DNA of 57,376 nucleotides, the filler included, from Bipalium vagum (lineage: Eukaryota), in the NCBI GenBank assembly GCA_037834085.1. It is 3 parts of 3 records of this genome, joined end to end, with 100 filler letters (N's around TTAATTAATTAA, not from the genome) between each part and the next. Parts side by side here need not be neighbours in the genome. Positions count along the whole stretch, not along the records: positions 18,622 to 38,909 come from JBBMKC010256292.1; 2 more parts are not named here. One strand, given 5' to 3'. Below, piece after piece: positions 26,690 through 39,009 of the stretch. Each line of letters starts with the position of its first letter. The stretch's first letter is position 1. The translations under genes and the position numbers were made by a program. A model generated the notes under the pieces. The model searched no databases, was not told the origin of the DNA, and was given only the letters and a program-made list of their open reading frames with translations.

Positions 26690-26779
26690 GGAAAAGGCAT
26701 TCAAACAACTTATTGGCTTCATGGAACAAAAGACAATATAGTCGATCCTCTCCCCGAAAATAATATTCGTCAGATTTAA
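26690..26779 (+). CDS. Terminal exon of a receptor guanylyl cyclase
   Basis: Acceptor ttttag, then GKGIQTTYWLHGTKDNIVDPLPENNIRQI*, matching the conserved cyclase C-terminal GKGxxxTYWLxG. AATAAA lies at 26872-26877. Confidence 0.8.
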   Translation, partial: GKGIQTTYWLHGTKDNIVDPLPENNIRQI

Positions 26780-27099
26780 TTTCTTGTTTAAAACATTTCG
26801 ATTGTTTATTTTTATTTGACATTTTAGTTAGATGTGAATATACAAAGAAAATGTATTCTGTAGATTATAAAAATAAAGCGAAACCTGTTGAATTTATTTT
26901 ATTTTATTTATAATAATAGTAAAACATTTATTTCTACATTTCGCTAAGTATATTTATCTATTTGAATATTTGAACAATTGAAAAGTCTTTAGCATTTTAG
27001 AGTCCAGAGGTCCTATTTGTTTAATCAAATCAATTAAAACATCAAATAAAAACATAATTTAAAAAATATTAAAACTATATTTCACGTAATGTTACGTGA

Positions 27100-27610
27100 A
27101 GTATTAAAATTCGGAATATGAACAAGACATGATATTTAATTCTGGAGAAATTCAGGTATTTATTATTTACTGTTTTAAAAAGAAAGTATCTGCAACTCCA
27201 ATGAGATTCATGATACTTTAGGACCAAATAATGTCGTGTACACAAAGGTTTCCAGTTGGTTCGAAAGTTTTAAATTATCAGATGACCTTTGATGACTTTT
27301 CCAGCTCCCATATTTGTACAATATGGGTGTCGAGATGCTTCAACACCTTCCTTCCTGTCCAGATGTACTTCGTATTTGAGGTTTTTCTCTTCAAGAACTA
27401 CAAGAAAAATTATGGGATCGAAAGTTTGTAATGGAAAAGTTGAAAACAACTGTTTTTACTTTCTTTGAGAGCATCCCTTCTAAGGTCTGACGTAAAGTGT
27501 ATCACAAATGGCAAGATCGGATGAAACGGTGGATTGCAGTTGTTAGTGATAGCTAAAAATTGTTTAGACTTTATAAAAATTTATTAATTCAAACCGTTTT
27601 CGGTTTTGTT
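27100..27610 (+). mobile_element. Degenerate mariner 3' half
   Basis: HLPSCPDV and SIPSKV*RKVYHKWQDRMKRWIAV. Confidence 0.65.
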
Positions 27611-28987
27611 GAATTTGTTATTAAAACAAATGAAATTATAATATTTTTCACATGTTAAATTTTCGTATTTAATTCGAATATATTGAGCTCTAAAATTCAT
27701 ACTTGTTTTATTTCAAAATTTTAATATACACATTAATTTAATCATTAAAGTCTTTAAGCTCAATATACTGTAAGTTAAATTAAAAATTAAATCTGTTACT
27801 CAAATATTTTTAGCCTCTCACAGTAGTTTTGGCAGATTGCTTTTAAATATTTTATCAAAAAATCAATAATTTTTGTCTTCTTACTTAACTAAAGACTTTT
27901 TAATTATACTAATATATAATATTTTAAATAATAATGGCAAATTTCATAATTACTAAAATGTCATGTTAAATTTATTATTAGTTGAGATGTCCAATATTTC
28001 AGAGAGTAAACATAAATCAGATTAAATAAATCAAACAAAATTAATGGATAATTCAGAAAAATATCATTAAAAAATTTAACCATTCAACATGGCTGAACGT
28101 AAATTACTTTAAAAAATAATAATGATATAACATTAAAATAATAATATATTTAGGTCATATAAAGCGTCTATAACATTTATAAACTCATAAATCAATTTTC
28201 ACTGACACCGAAATCATTGATTCAATAATTTTTATTTCTTGCAAAAAAATTAACTGACCAATGTATAAAAAAGTCTCTTCATTTTATTTATTTTATTTTT
28301 AAATGTACTCTAAGATCAAAGGTTATACTTAAAAAACCAAAAAAATAACGTTGAAGGAAATCTAAGCACATCAAACAATAAATGTTTTTAATTTGATTAA
28401 ATTTAAAGAAAATATATTTTTAAAAATATTTTTTTTATTTTTTATTTATTATAAATTTTTTAATAGAAATTTTATTATTTTTTCGTATAATTTATACCAA
28501 AAAATTTATCAAATTACAAAGAAATATTCTCATAAATAATAAAAAATTATTTTATATATAATAAAATACAAAAATTAAATTATTGAGATGAATAATTCAT
28601 TATTATTACTTAAAATATGTAAAAATCAGAAAATATGTTTATGAATATATCTGAAGTCAGTCAAAAGTATAATGGCTTTAAGGATTCGTAAAAAGGAAGG
28701 AAATGTGTAAAGAAATGCTTTGAATTATTTAAATGATATTGTGCGTCAATTTAATTAGATATAATCTTGACTTGTCATTTTTAATACTAATACAAGATCA
28801 AAGCAATAATAATATATTTCAGTAAATCCAACTACTTTAAAAAAACTTTTCAAAGATGGACCTCATCTTTTTTTAAAATTAAATTATTTACTTTACAAAA
28901 GTGTACCAGCAAAATTTTATTAAATATATTTAAAACCTCTCACTTTAAAATTTTACTAATTTTTAAAACTTCAAATTATCAACATTT

Positions 28988-29871
28988 ACTTGGTCGTTCG
29001 AAAAGGAAAACAATTTTTTAAGACATGAACAAGTTTTATTATTCAACATTGTCTCCTTTTAGGAGGATATATCGCTTGCATCGACCTTCAAGTTTTTTTA
29101 TACCTTCTGGAAAATAAGATTTCTCCAATCTTTCAAAATATGCTGTAATTTCAGCCATGACTTCACCATTTGTGTGAAATCGTTTACGAGAGAGCCATCT
29201 TTTGAAGTTTAGGAATAAGAAAAAGTCGCTAGGTGCTAAGGCCAGAGAATACGATGGATGTAGAAGCAAATCGTTGCCCTATTCGTGTATTTTAGTCGTT
29301 GAAATTACACTTCGATGAGGTGGTGTATTGTCACGATAAAGCAACACCTTTTTTGCTAAATGTTGTTTTTTTCTATGATTATATTACTTAATTGATCCAA
29401 TAATACTGTATAATATTGACTCGTTATCGTTTTTCCTTTTTCAAGGAAATCAATGAATAGTATTCCATGAGCTTGATAAAAAACAGTTGCCATAAACTTT
29501 TCAGTTGACTGCTGTGGTCTTGGCCGGTGTGGAGCACTTTTTTTGGTCTTCTTCTTTGCTTCTTTTGCTTCTTTTTGCTTCTTTTTGCTTCTTTTTGCTT
29601 CTTTTGCTTCTTTTTTTTGCTTCTTTGCTTCTTTTGGTCTTTTCTTTCGTAAACATAAATAATTAATCAATATGTGGAATACATCTTTTTCCATCTTAAA
29701 AATAAAACTGAGTATATAATTTTAATGTTAGTGCATAATTTAAATAAATTGAAAAATTGCATTAAAATTTGGAATTTCATAGTTTAAAGGAATGCACTTC
29801 ATTAATTTTAGTCATGTTTTACTAATAGTGTTTTTTCATGTTCGGATCAGGGCCTTTTTGAACGACCTATT
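28988..29871 (-). mobile_element. Internally deleted mariner (irritans-like) with both TIRs
   Basis: TIR cores GGTCGTTCGAAAAGG (28992) and CCTTTTTGAACGACC (29853). Motifs SAPHRPRPQQSTEKFMATVFYQAHGILFIDFLEKGKTIT, DNTPPH and HPSYSLALAPSDFFLFLNFKRWL. Confidence 0.92.
29541..29641. repeat. Tandem repeat of a ~9-10 nt unit (CTTTTTGCTT) at the mariner deletion junction
   Basis: About 9 imperfect units bounded by TTTTGGTCTT at both ends; encodes KEAKK-like repeats on the minus strand. Confidence 0.9.
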
Positions 29872-29959
29872 AATAATCGTTAATTTAGGCAAGCGGTTCA
29901 TATTTTAAAAATTCAATCAACTAATTGTTTGAGTCACTCCTTTTATAATTGTTAAACAT

Positions 29960-30980
29960 TTTCAATGCAACCTGGAGATGTTCATATATGAAAAAAAAGT
30001 CATGATAGAATACATAATTGAATGCTTTTTGCATTTCGTGGGGTGAGAGCAGTAACAGAATTAATTAAATTATTTAAACAAATGTGGATGTATTTCTTGA
30101 TTTGCGGCAAAAGGTAGAGATGGTTTGTTCGTTCCAAAGTTGGTAATATTGATTTGGGGCATCTCCTATATATGACAGAATATCAACTTTGTTTAGTAGC
30201 ACGATTTTGGATAGAAACATGAAATTTCCAGTGTTCAAGAAAGGATATTATTTATTTTTGTGGAACCTTGTGACAATATAATTTCAGGTGTCCATTAAAT
30301 ATTATATTCATATTAATATTCTTTAATATTTTATGAGATTTTAATTTTATAAACTTTTAATTTATGTACAGGCTGCGTTGGAAAGTAGTCTAAATTTTGC
30401 ATTAATCAATAACATGTTCTGCTTACATTTGTTAAAAAGTCTTGTATTCCACGAAAAACTATTTCCAAATTAATTATAAATAATATACTTAATAAATTAA
30501 AATATTCCTATTCTTACGCTTTCTGTAAATGTTTAACTTTAAACTCTGGATTTTATTGACCCCGAACTTTGTGTTTATAAAGGTACACTTTGAATCAAAA
30601 TACCTACAATAGTCTTTGTGGAATGAATCAAAAATTATAATAAATATTTTTACCATAACATGAATGGGGTCCCAAAATTCACTCAAGACAGAAATCACAA
30701 CAGTGTTTTTCAAATCAATAACAAACTGTAATAGAATATTTAGGAGAAATTTATAATCAATGGATTACTAAAATAATCAAATAAAATATTATTATAATAT
30801 AATAAATTTTAAAATAAAAAAACAGCTCCAAAGCAACTGAAGAGAGAATAAGCAATAAAAAGTTGATAGAAACCGTTTGATAAATTACCTAGAAAAAGGC
30901 AAAACTAGTAACTCTGAAATACTATGAAAAACTATTAGACCACTTGGATGCAATGATTCGCGGCAAAATGTCTGGTAATA
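29960..30980 (+). mobile_element. Mariner fragments
   Basis: An N-terminal remnant (RWFVRSKVGNIDL) and a catalytic remnant (TAPKQLK..INYLEKGKT, LLDHLDAMIRGK). Confidence 0.6.
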
Positions 30981-31812
30981 ATAATAATATTATTAAATAA
31001 TTTATTAATATATTTCATATAATTTAAATACTTTTGTTTAAAATTTATTAAGTGATTTATTAGAATAATATTTCAATTAAATATGATTAAGCTATAATAA
31101 TAAATTAAAACAACATGAATAATTTATTTGAAACTCCATATTAAATATAAAAAATTAATTACAGAAAGGATAACAATAAATCACAAATTCCTTCAAAATA
31201 TCATTAATATTATGTCCAGGAAATATAATCTTAGGTTAATAATGGGTAATGAAAGATAATTATGATTTAAAACAATAAAAATATTGTACCTGTCTAATTC
31301 AAAGGTCGTTTTAACATCAGAAATTAGAATTTCGAATTATATTTTGCTAAGTATAAGAAGCGGTTCAAACAATTAGTTTGGATGAATATTTTTTAAAATA
31401 AGAACCTCACACTAAATTAACGATTATTAATTTATTAAAGCTTATTGATTATGACTATGATTATAAATAAAAATTTATTCAAATTTTATTTGTTCAATTA
31501 AAAAACGATATTACTTTCGGACCACCAAATAAATTAAAGTTATTAAAAGTTATTAAAAATTATTAAAATTTTTATAAGTTACAGTTGTAATGATTAATAG
31601 ATTTCTTTTAGTTAAAATTTTAATGTATAAATTGTAAATAAATGGGGAAAATAAATATTTGTAAATTAAGTAATTTTACTAATAATAAAAATAGGTGAAG
31701 TTCATTTTTGAAAAGTTAGTTTGCACATTTATGTCTTATCTTTTTATTAATTCAAATGATAACAGAGGAATATAGCTATATAATAACTATATAATCAATT
31801 AATACTTTCAAA

Positions 31813-32420
31813 CTACGATAAAGCTCGCCTAATTCAAATTTGTCTATTCCAAATATTCGGCTAATCCAAATGTTCGTCTAATTCGAAAGATTTTTAGAAG
31901 TATTTTGCAAAATAAATTTTAATCCGAATTAATTAAAATTATTAAATTAAAAACTAATTTGCGTCTATATCCGAATGTTTTAATGATTCCAATTACTTGC
32001 AGCTTTATTTAAATATTGCTTTTATAAAATAAACACTCTTGAATTTGATATGTTTTGCTTTATAAAATAAAATTATTTTAGACCGAATGTCAAAAAGAAA
32101 TCGAACAGAAAATTCACTATCTAAAAAGTATGAAATTATTAAATTTGTAGAAAATCCAGAAGAAAGAAGAAGTAAGTTTGGTTCTAAATCAATATCGGAG
32201 AAATTTAGAATTAAAGCTCCAACTGTATGTGACTTGTATCGACACATGGGTATCAACATAATCAATAGTAGAGTGTAACTTAGACATTTTTTTTAATTAT
32301 ATTTTAAAAAAATTAAATTAATTCCCAATTAATGAAAAAAATTAAAAATAATAAAGCCAAATATTGCATATTTGTTTATTTACCCAATTAATTCGGGGAA
32401 ATAATTTTGGATTCCTGAAA
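31813..32420 (+). mobile_element. Tigger/pogo deletion derivative retaining the CENP-B/psq-type N-terminal HTH
   Basis: ORF 32087-32278 MSKRNRTENSLSKKYEIIKFVE..ISEKFRIKAPTVCDL. The 5' end has repeated CTAATTCGAA-like subterminal motifs. Confidence 0.75.
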
Positions 32421-32449
32421 GAATTCCTTCAATTTCCGAAGACACTATA

Positions 32450-32780
32450 TCATTTTCTCTATGTAACTGTACCAATTTTAACGGTATGAATTAAAACAAT
32501 TTTTAATTTTCCTCTGCAGTTTAAAACACATTTTAAATTAATAAATATCGTTTTTTGCGAAATATTGCGTGACATATGTTTCATGAATGGCCTGACGTTC
32601 ATTCTCTGTTGATAAATATCGCAAGATTGGGGATTATTTGTGGAATGTTTCTGACGTTTCAGGTTTTGATACCAATCAATTAAAAAAAATGTAGGAAACA
32701 TTTTTTGCAAAACATGTTGCTGACTTCTTAATTAATTTAATTAATCGATTAATTATATAAATCAGGTGCTGTCCTGTATA
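32450..32780 (-). mobile_element. rosa/maT-like 5' remnant
   Basis: TIR-like TATACAGGACAGCACC followed by a degenerate N-terminal ORF. Confidence 0.4.
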
Positions 32781-32989
32781 TTATTACGCAGATATTCGGC
32801 TGAAAAATAAGATTAAAATCAGAAAAGAAAACAAATCTCTTTCAATTTGTCAGAAGAATTATATTTTTAACAAAAATAAATAGTTTTTTTTCTTTTTTCG
32901 TTCATTTTGATTTATCTCTCAATGATAACGAAAGCGGTTAAGGTTAAACAACTTTGTGTAAATTAATTGAAGAAGTGGCTCAAAAAATA

Positions 32990-33350
32990 GAAGATTATAT
33001 ATTTCAATATATTTACACAATTTAAGGGTATAGGCCCTATACTAGAGGATCATCTCATCTAGGTCTTCTTCCTTTTAAACATCAAGATGAGAAAATTATT
33101 CGTGAAAGAATTTCCAAAAAGCGTTAAAAGATACATTAAAGATGTTATAGACAGAAACGTTTGAATGTTAAAGGTGTTAGATTTCCATTAGATCTACAAG
33201 TTGAAAAGATGCAATTTTTTAATATTATCTTAAATTCCTACTCTTCCTTTATTAACAAAAATATCTTTCACAAATTCTCTTTTCTGAAATGATACCATTT
33301 CTCTGTAGGCGACTTTTAATTGGTTGAATAAGATTGAACGGTTTGTTTGA
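32990..33350 (+). mobile_element. Possible piggyBac remnant
   Basis: DRNV*MLKVLDFH (MSRNRF..LHF-like) and EMIPFLCR (DE.MIPFxGR-like). Confidence 0.3.
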
Positions 33351-33502
33351 ATGACAAAATGTGAGTGTGAATGAACCTCAAAATCTGGTCCCCTATTATT
33401 TTGAAGGTTTCAAATGTAAAGAGCTTAGTCGAATTTTAGTTGAAATTTCTCATTTAAATTTCTTTTTTAAACTTTACCTTATTTTGAATATAATAATAAT
33501 AA

Positions 33503-33533
<31 letters not shown>

Positions 33534-34074
33534 TTTATTTATTTTTTTTGAAAAATGAAACTTAAACGGGCTAAAAAATATTGCCAGATATTCAATAATT
33601 TCTATTTTTAAAAGTAATAATTTCGACAGAAATCACCCACATGCACTCCACCACAGAAAATTATTACAATTTCGTTGACAGGCTATCAAGGACAACATTC
33701 ATTTCAATGTCCGACCAAACTGGACCTACAAATTCCTATTTGTTATTCAGAAATATTGAGCTAAAGTATGAGAGAATGTACCCATTACTGAACAGTGATT
33801 TAGGCAGCAAAAGCAACCTTTGTCACAGATTATAAAAATTATATAAATTAATAATTTTTAAACATGGTATCCATGATTAATTTTTTCAATGTTATTTTGT
33901 AAAGTTTTACAATTTTAAAAATATAATGTTTCAGTTATAATTTTATAATTAAGGTTTAAGATTTGATGAATTATTTTCTTTATTTTACTTAATTATATTT
34001 TCTATATACCTATAGTGAATGTTTTCTTTGGCAAAAATATCATTTATCTCTATGATCCTAAAAATTTATAAATA

Positions 34075-35401
34075 CACAGCTGGACAAAAAAGTGATGCTT
34101 ACACAAAATAAAACATTTTTACAAAAATGTTTAAATTGGTTAACATTTATTACATTTCTAATATTTAAGCTGTTGCTCGTAATATATATGCAATTTGGTG
34201 TTTTTGTTCTGTTTGTTTTAATAATTCAAGTTATAAATAAAATGACTAAGACATTTTTAAATGTCGAAATAAAAAATCGGATATGCGGCCTTTGTTACAC
34301 AAAACTATCATATCCTGAAATGCAAAATATTTTGAAGAAACATGGTATTCAAATTCCATTATTCACAATACAAAGAATTAGCTACCAGTTCAAAACAACA
34401 TGTTTTGTAAAAAGAAAACCAGGCTCAGGTAGACCCAGAAAAACTACAAGTCGAGAAAACAATAGACTGAAATTTGAGTTCATTAAAGATCGTAAGAAAA
34501 CTATTAAAAATTAGCTGAGGAATTCAAAAATGGAAATAATGAAACAGTTTCTCGAAAAACAATTGCAAGACGAATCAAAGAATTGGGTGTGCATCTATGC
34601 ATTGTACAAAAAAACCATTTTATTCAAAAAAGAATATTAAAAGCAGAATAAATTTTTATAATCTTTACGGTATGTATGATTCTCAGTGGTTCCAATATGT
34701 GTTCTGGAGTGATGAATGTCGATTTGAACTTCATAGTGATGAAGTGATGATGATCTTCGAAGATCAACTGAGAAATATGTAATGGAATGTATTTCCACCT
34801 CAAAAATACATGGCGCTGGGGGAATTATGGTTTGGGGAATATTCTCAGCATCTGGAGCTTGTGAGCTTCTACGATGTACTGAGTCAATTAATGCCAAAGA
34901 GTATCAAAGGATATTAGATATTGGATTGCTTCCAAACATCGAGAAGTTATGCATGGAAAATGAAAGACAATATTTATTTTCCAACAGGACAATGCACCGG
35001 CGCACACAGCAAAAAAAACAAAAGCATGGTTGAAAAAAAAAGGTGTACTGGTTATGTTTTGGCCTGGACAATCGCCAGATCTTATCTCCATTGAGAATAT
35101 ATTGGCATACATAAAGGCAAAGCTAGCCGGGAAAAATTTCAATCCTCCTGACCAACTGTGGAAAGGAGTCGAGAAAGAATGGAAAATCATTAATACAGAA
35201 CATTGTCAGAGACTATCACATAGCTTACCCAGACAGCTCAAGTTGCTTAAATCGGCCAAATGGAAATATATCCCTTATTAATATTTTTTATTTAGTTAAT
35301 GATATATTTTGTTTGAAAATTTTTGTAAAATTGTTAAACCAAATGTTGTAGAATGATATATGATATAAATTATGTAAGTCTAATTTTTTTGTCCAGATGT
35401 G
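34075..35401 (+). mobile_element. Full-length Tc1 element (DD34E), 1327 bp, with a frameshifted transposase
   Basis: TIRs CACAGCTGGACAAAAAA / TTTTTTGTCCAGATGTG with TA on both sides. Transposase 34242-35281 has GSGRPRKTT, WSDE, HGAGGIMVWG, QQDNAPAH and SPDLISIE, with 34 residues between the second D and E. It carries several frameshifts. Confidence 0.95.
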
Positions 35402-37879
35402 TACATTTAGTAATTTATCATTTCAATGCTCTGTTCAATAATACTCCCAGAGACATATATCACGATGAAAAGTTTTCCAGTTAATAACATGTTCTGAGAA
35501 ATCTAGGATGTGGCCATAAAATGCACTAAAACAATTTGCTATTTACATAAATACATGTTTTCCATATAGATTTATTTATTTCAATCAGTTTGTTTTTTAT
35601 TTGACAATGCTCCTTTTAATAAAACTGAAATTAAATTTTTTCAGATTAAAAACAATTGATAAGGTCTAAAACATTTGGTTTGGTCAAAGAATTTTACGTT
35701 ATTCTGAATTTTGGTTTTATTTTTTCTAACTCCTGTTTCAAGCTCTTTCTTCAATTCGACATGCGTCTTTGTTTGAACGCAATAAAATTTGTAAATTAAC
35801 AAAATCAAAATGATCAATAGGGTTATTATTATTTCTTTTTTATTAATATTTAGAACACCTTTCATTATATCATCACTTACACATAAAAATTTCGAATTTT
35901 ATTCTTTTAAAATATCATTAATATTATTACTAATATATTACCAATTTCTATAAAGCTCGACCCTTTAGTAAAAGACGAATCTTGATCTTTCAAAACGTAT
36001 TTTTGGAAAATCTGAAAAATTTTCTCAAACTAAAATAACATCAATTGTGAGATAATTAAAAATGAACAATTATTTTTCTAAATTTAATTTTGACCTTTTT
36101 AATAAAACAAATACAAATATTCATTAGAAAATAATATTTCTATTTTACTGAGATTTATCATTTATATTAATATTCTCAAATCATAATACAATTTTAGGGA
36201 ATTGATTAATCTCCAGGGGTTTTACAGATTATTATTCAACTGAAATGAAAAAAAAACAACATATGTATTTAGGATTTAAATCTTTTACTTGTGGCTTCGG
36301 AAAGAAGTCACTTAGCTTGTAGAAAAGAATGAGAATTATCAAAGAGACATCTTCTCATCCTTAAATAATACGAACCAAATACTATCAATATTACAATCCA
36401 AATTAGCTACCTGTTGTCATATGAATTAACAATTTTCTTCAGTGATATCAAAATATATACTATCCATGTTAATAAATAAAATAATCTTTGGTAGATTGCC
36501 GGCAATCAACGGTATTAAGAACCTGGGAAGCGTACCATTTATAATCGACTTGAAAAACATCTAGTAAATGAAATTTTCTGAACTTGGACATTTCATCTCC
36601 AAATATTATGTATTCGTTGGACTACTTAAATTCTCTTAAATTCTCTTAATAGCTTTTATATATTCAACAATTGACATCTCCTTTATTTCTTCTTTTCTTT
36701 TTAATTTTTATTCATCATGTAATAAATCTCATATTTATTGCAATCATAATTCAGCTTTAATTATTTTAGATTTTAATATTTATCATTTTATTTCATGGAG
36801 GAATGGTTTATTTTTATTTATTTTCTATGATAATAAATAGCAGAATATTTAAAATATTTTTTCGGAATTTGTTATTTGTTTAACATCTCAAAGAAATGAA
36901 GAGAAAATGTAAAAGTTTTTTCATTAATCTTTAAACATAATTAAATATAAAATTTTAAATATCACCATTTTTGCTACCTTCTTTTCATTATTAATTAATT
37001 AATTTATTTATTTTTAATTAATATTTAAGATTAAATTAAAGAATATAAGACAGTAAAATAAATTTTGATAATCACAATTTTAATAAATATTTTTCTGTTT
37101 TATTATTTCCCCTGTATTATGTTGATGGGAAATATTTTGTTCATAAATTATTTCTATTTAAATCATTTATTTCGTTATATTTTTCGTCTAATATTCAGCC
37201 TTGTTTGTAGGAATATCTATTTCTTAACATAATTAATTTTATATAATAATTATTAATATTACTAATCCAGTTTCTATAGAATTTGGAAAAGAAGGAAAAT
37301 CTTATTAACATATTTATGGATTCAAATTAATTACAAAACTAACGTTCGTCTTAAGAGAACATCTTTAGGAAATTAGTAAAATACGAAAAATATTTTATTT
37401 AAAAATAAGATTTTTTTTTAATTTTTATTTCATAAATGAAATAATAAAAATATAGTTTAATCGTAATAACATTTGAAACAGGTTTTGAAAATTTTTTAAT
37501 TAAATTAAATTAAATAATTATTTAATGAATAAATAAATTATATTTTTCTTTTTATTTCATTAGGATTTTGAATTTTTTATGTTTAATCAGTGTCAGTAAT
37601 TAAAAAAACTGTCAGGTATCAAAAAGTAGTCTTGTCCTTAACAGTATTTTTTAATGACTGGAGTCTGATCTTATTTAAAACCCTTGGCTGACCACTGTTT
37701 TTAATGCCAGTATTTGGTTTACTGGCATCAGTACTATTTAATTACAGAATAAATTGTGGAATGAGCAATATTCTTTTGAAAAAAATGGTTCAATATTACT
37801 TATGTAGAGTGTTGACCAAGCGCATGATACACTGACCCTTGTAAATAATGTTATTCGGTCACATTCACCAAAAATTTTC

Positions 37880-38660
37880 AAAGTAAATCAAAATATTTAC
37901 CATCGTTAAAAAATGACTTTCTACCATAAATCTGAAAACATGGATATTCCGCGGAAATGAAATAAACTTTCTTTAGAATGAATCCAATTGCAAATCCAAT
38001 TTGGAACACCTTCGTATAAATTAAAATGCTTGTCGTCCAGTAATTTTTCCATTGATCTGAGTTAATGAAGATCGGCTGAAACTATTTCTGGAGAATACGC
38101 ATGATGAGGAAGGATTTCCCATTCCAGTTTAAAAAGTGTTTGTTTGACGATTGAAGAAAGATTTGGTATCACATTGTCATATAAAAAACTGAATTTCGTT
38201 GATTATTTGTAATTTGCGGGTCTTTTCTCAATTAATTCTTCACTTAATATTTTTGTTTGATGACGATATCGTTTCACCTTAACGACTAACAAGTAAAGAT
38301 GTGGCAATAATATAACTATTATAAATACATTTTACTGAAATAATTAAAAACCCATTTCCCCTTCTCAATTTTACCTTGCACATGCACATTTAGTGTCACA
38401 TCCAACCGTTTCTTTGTTTGAGAGTGGCTCAACAAATCTTTCAATTCACTATCTTCAAATTTTATATGGAGATCTTCTCTTTTATCATCATTCAAGGCAA
38501 AGTTATCCATTATCGTTTAAATCTGGTGAACCAGAGTTTGCAGTTTGACAGCCATGAGATCTCATCAGAATTGTTCCTCAAGCATTTCATTTAAGCTATG
38601 GATTTTCGTATATCCAAGAAAACATTAATTCAAATCTGAGATGTAATTTTGAATTATGCA
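37880..38660 (-). mobile_element. Degenerate mariner (Mos1/mauritiana-like)
   Basis: KFEDSELKDLL, GKIEKGKWV, WEILPHHAYSP and RGISMFSDLW*KVIFNDGKYFD. Confidence 0.88.
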
Positions 38661-38730
38661 TTTGTTATGCCTTCTAACAGGCCTTATTTAAGTAAATAAA
38701 ATTAAAACATATATATATATATATTTAAAA

Positions 38731-38909
38731 GTGATATCACTCACATCGAAAATTAGAAATTATTTAAAAGTCAAAAGCCATACACCAATAGTGTTGCAAG
38801 CTAATGTCGTGTACCAATTTACATGTCATGGTTGTAATAATCTATACATAGGAGAGACACAGCGTCATCTCAGAACACGCATTAGCGAGCATTCACAACC
38901 AAGCAGAAC
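38731..38909 (+). mobile_element. Penelope-like element GIY-YIG endonuclease fragment, cut by the gap
   Basis: NVVYQFTCHGCNNLYIGETQRHLRTRISEH matches the PLE consensus VVYxxxCxxCxxxYIGxTxRxLxxRxxEH. Confidence 0.93.
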
Positions 38910-39009
38910 NNNNNNNNNNNNNNNNNNNNNNNNNNNNNNNNNNNNNNNNNNNNTTAATTAATTAANNNNNNNNNNNNNNNNNNNNNNNNNNNNNNNNNNN
39001 NNNNNNNNN
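38910..39009. other. Artificial assembly linker N44-TTAATTAATTAA-N44
   Basis: Same design as 18522-18621. Confidence 0.95.

Larger units (their letters stand above)
18282..26779 (+). pseudogene. Decayed receptor guanylyl cyclase (nematode gcy-like): kinase-homology domain, coiled coil and cyclase domain
   Basis: Motifs in canonical order: TQGS..LSREL..HNG (18282-18438); TNNLLI*YK*..SPSEFLR..STKID*VFLF (from 18666); SE..TVKDAW..RK, LLSFLRKQIPPITPP and HLIFLSED (19.15-19.4 kb); LKTVL and KYSNLS..EERK (23.1-23.25 kb); KTGESV-IVTVSF..SAPF (23.67 kb); IHDSFM and MVLE*KFNIP (24.06 kb); SG..VVMPFFC; KITV.P.SYEY; EIE; GKGIQTTYWLHG. The upstream part has many stops, frameshifts and deletions. Confidence 0.65.

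Noticed and set aside
29541-29641. CRISPR-like array
   Set aside because: It is a simple tandem repeat with no spacers, in a eukaryotic context.
37704-37729. Hairpin ATGCCAGTA-N7-TACTGGCAT, and GTCGGGATCCCCGAC near 41139
   Set aside because: These are short isolated stems with no RNA-gene context. The first probably lies in a MITE-like remnant.
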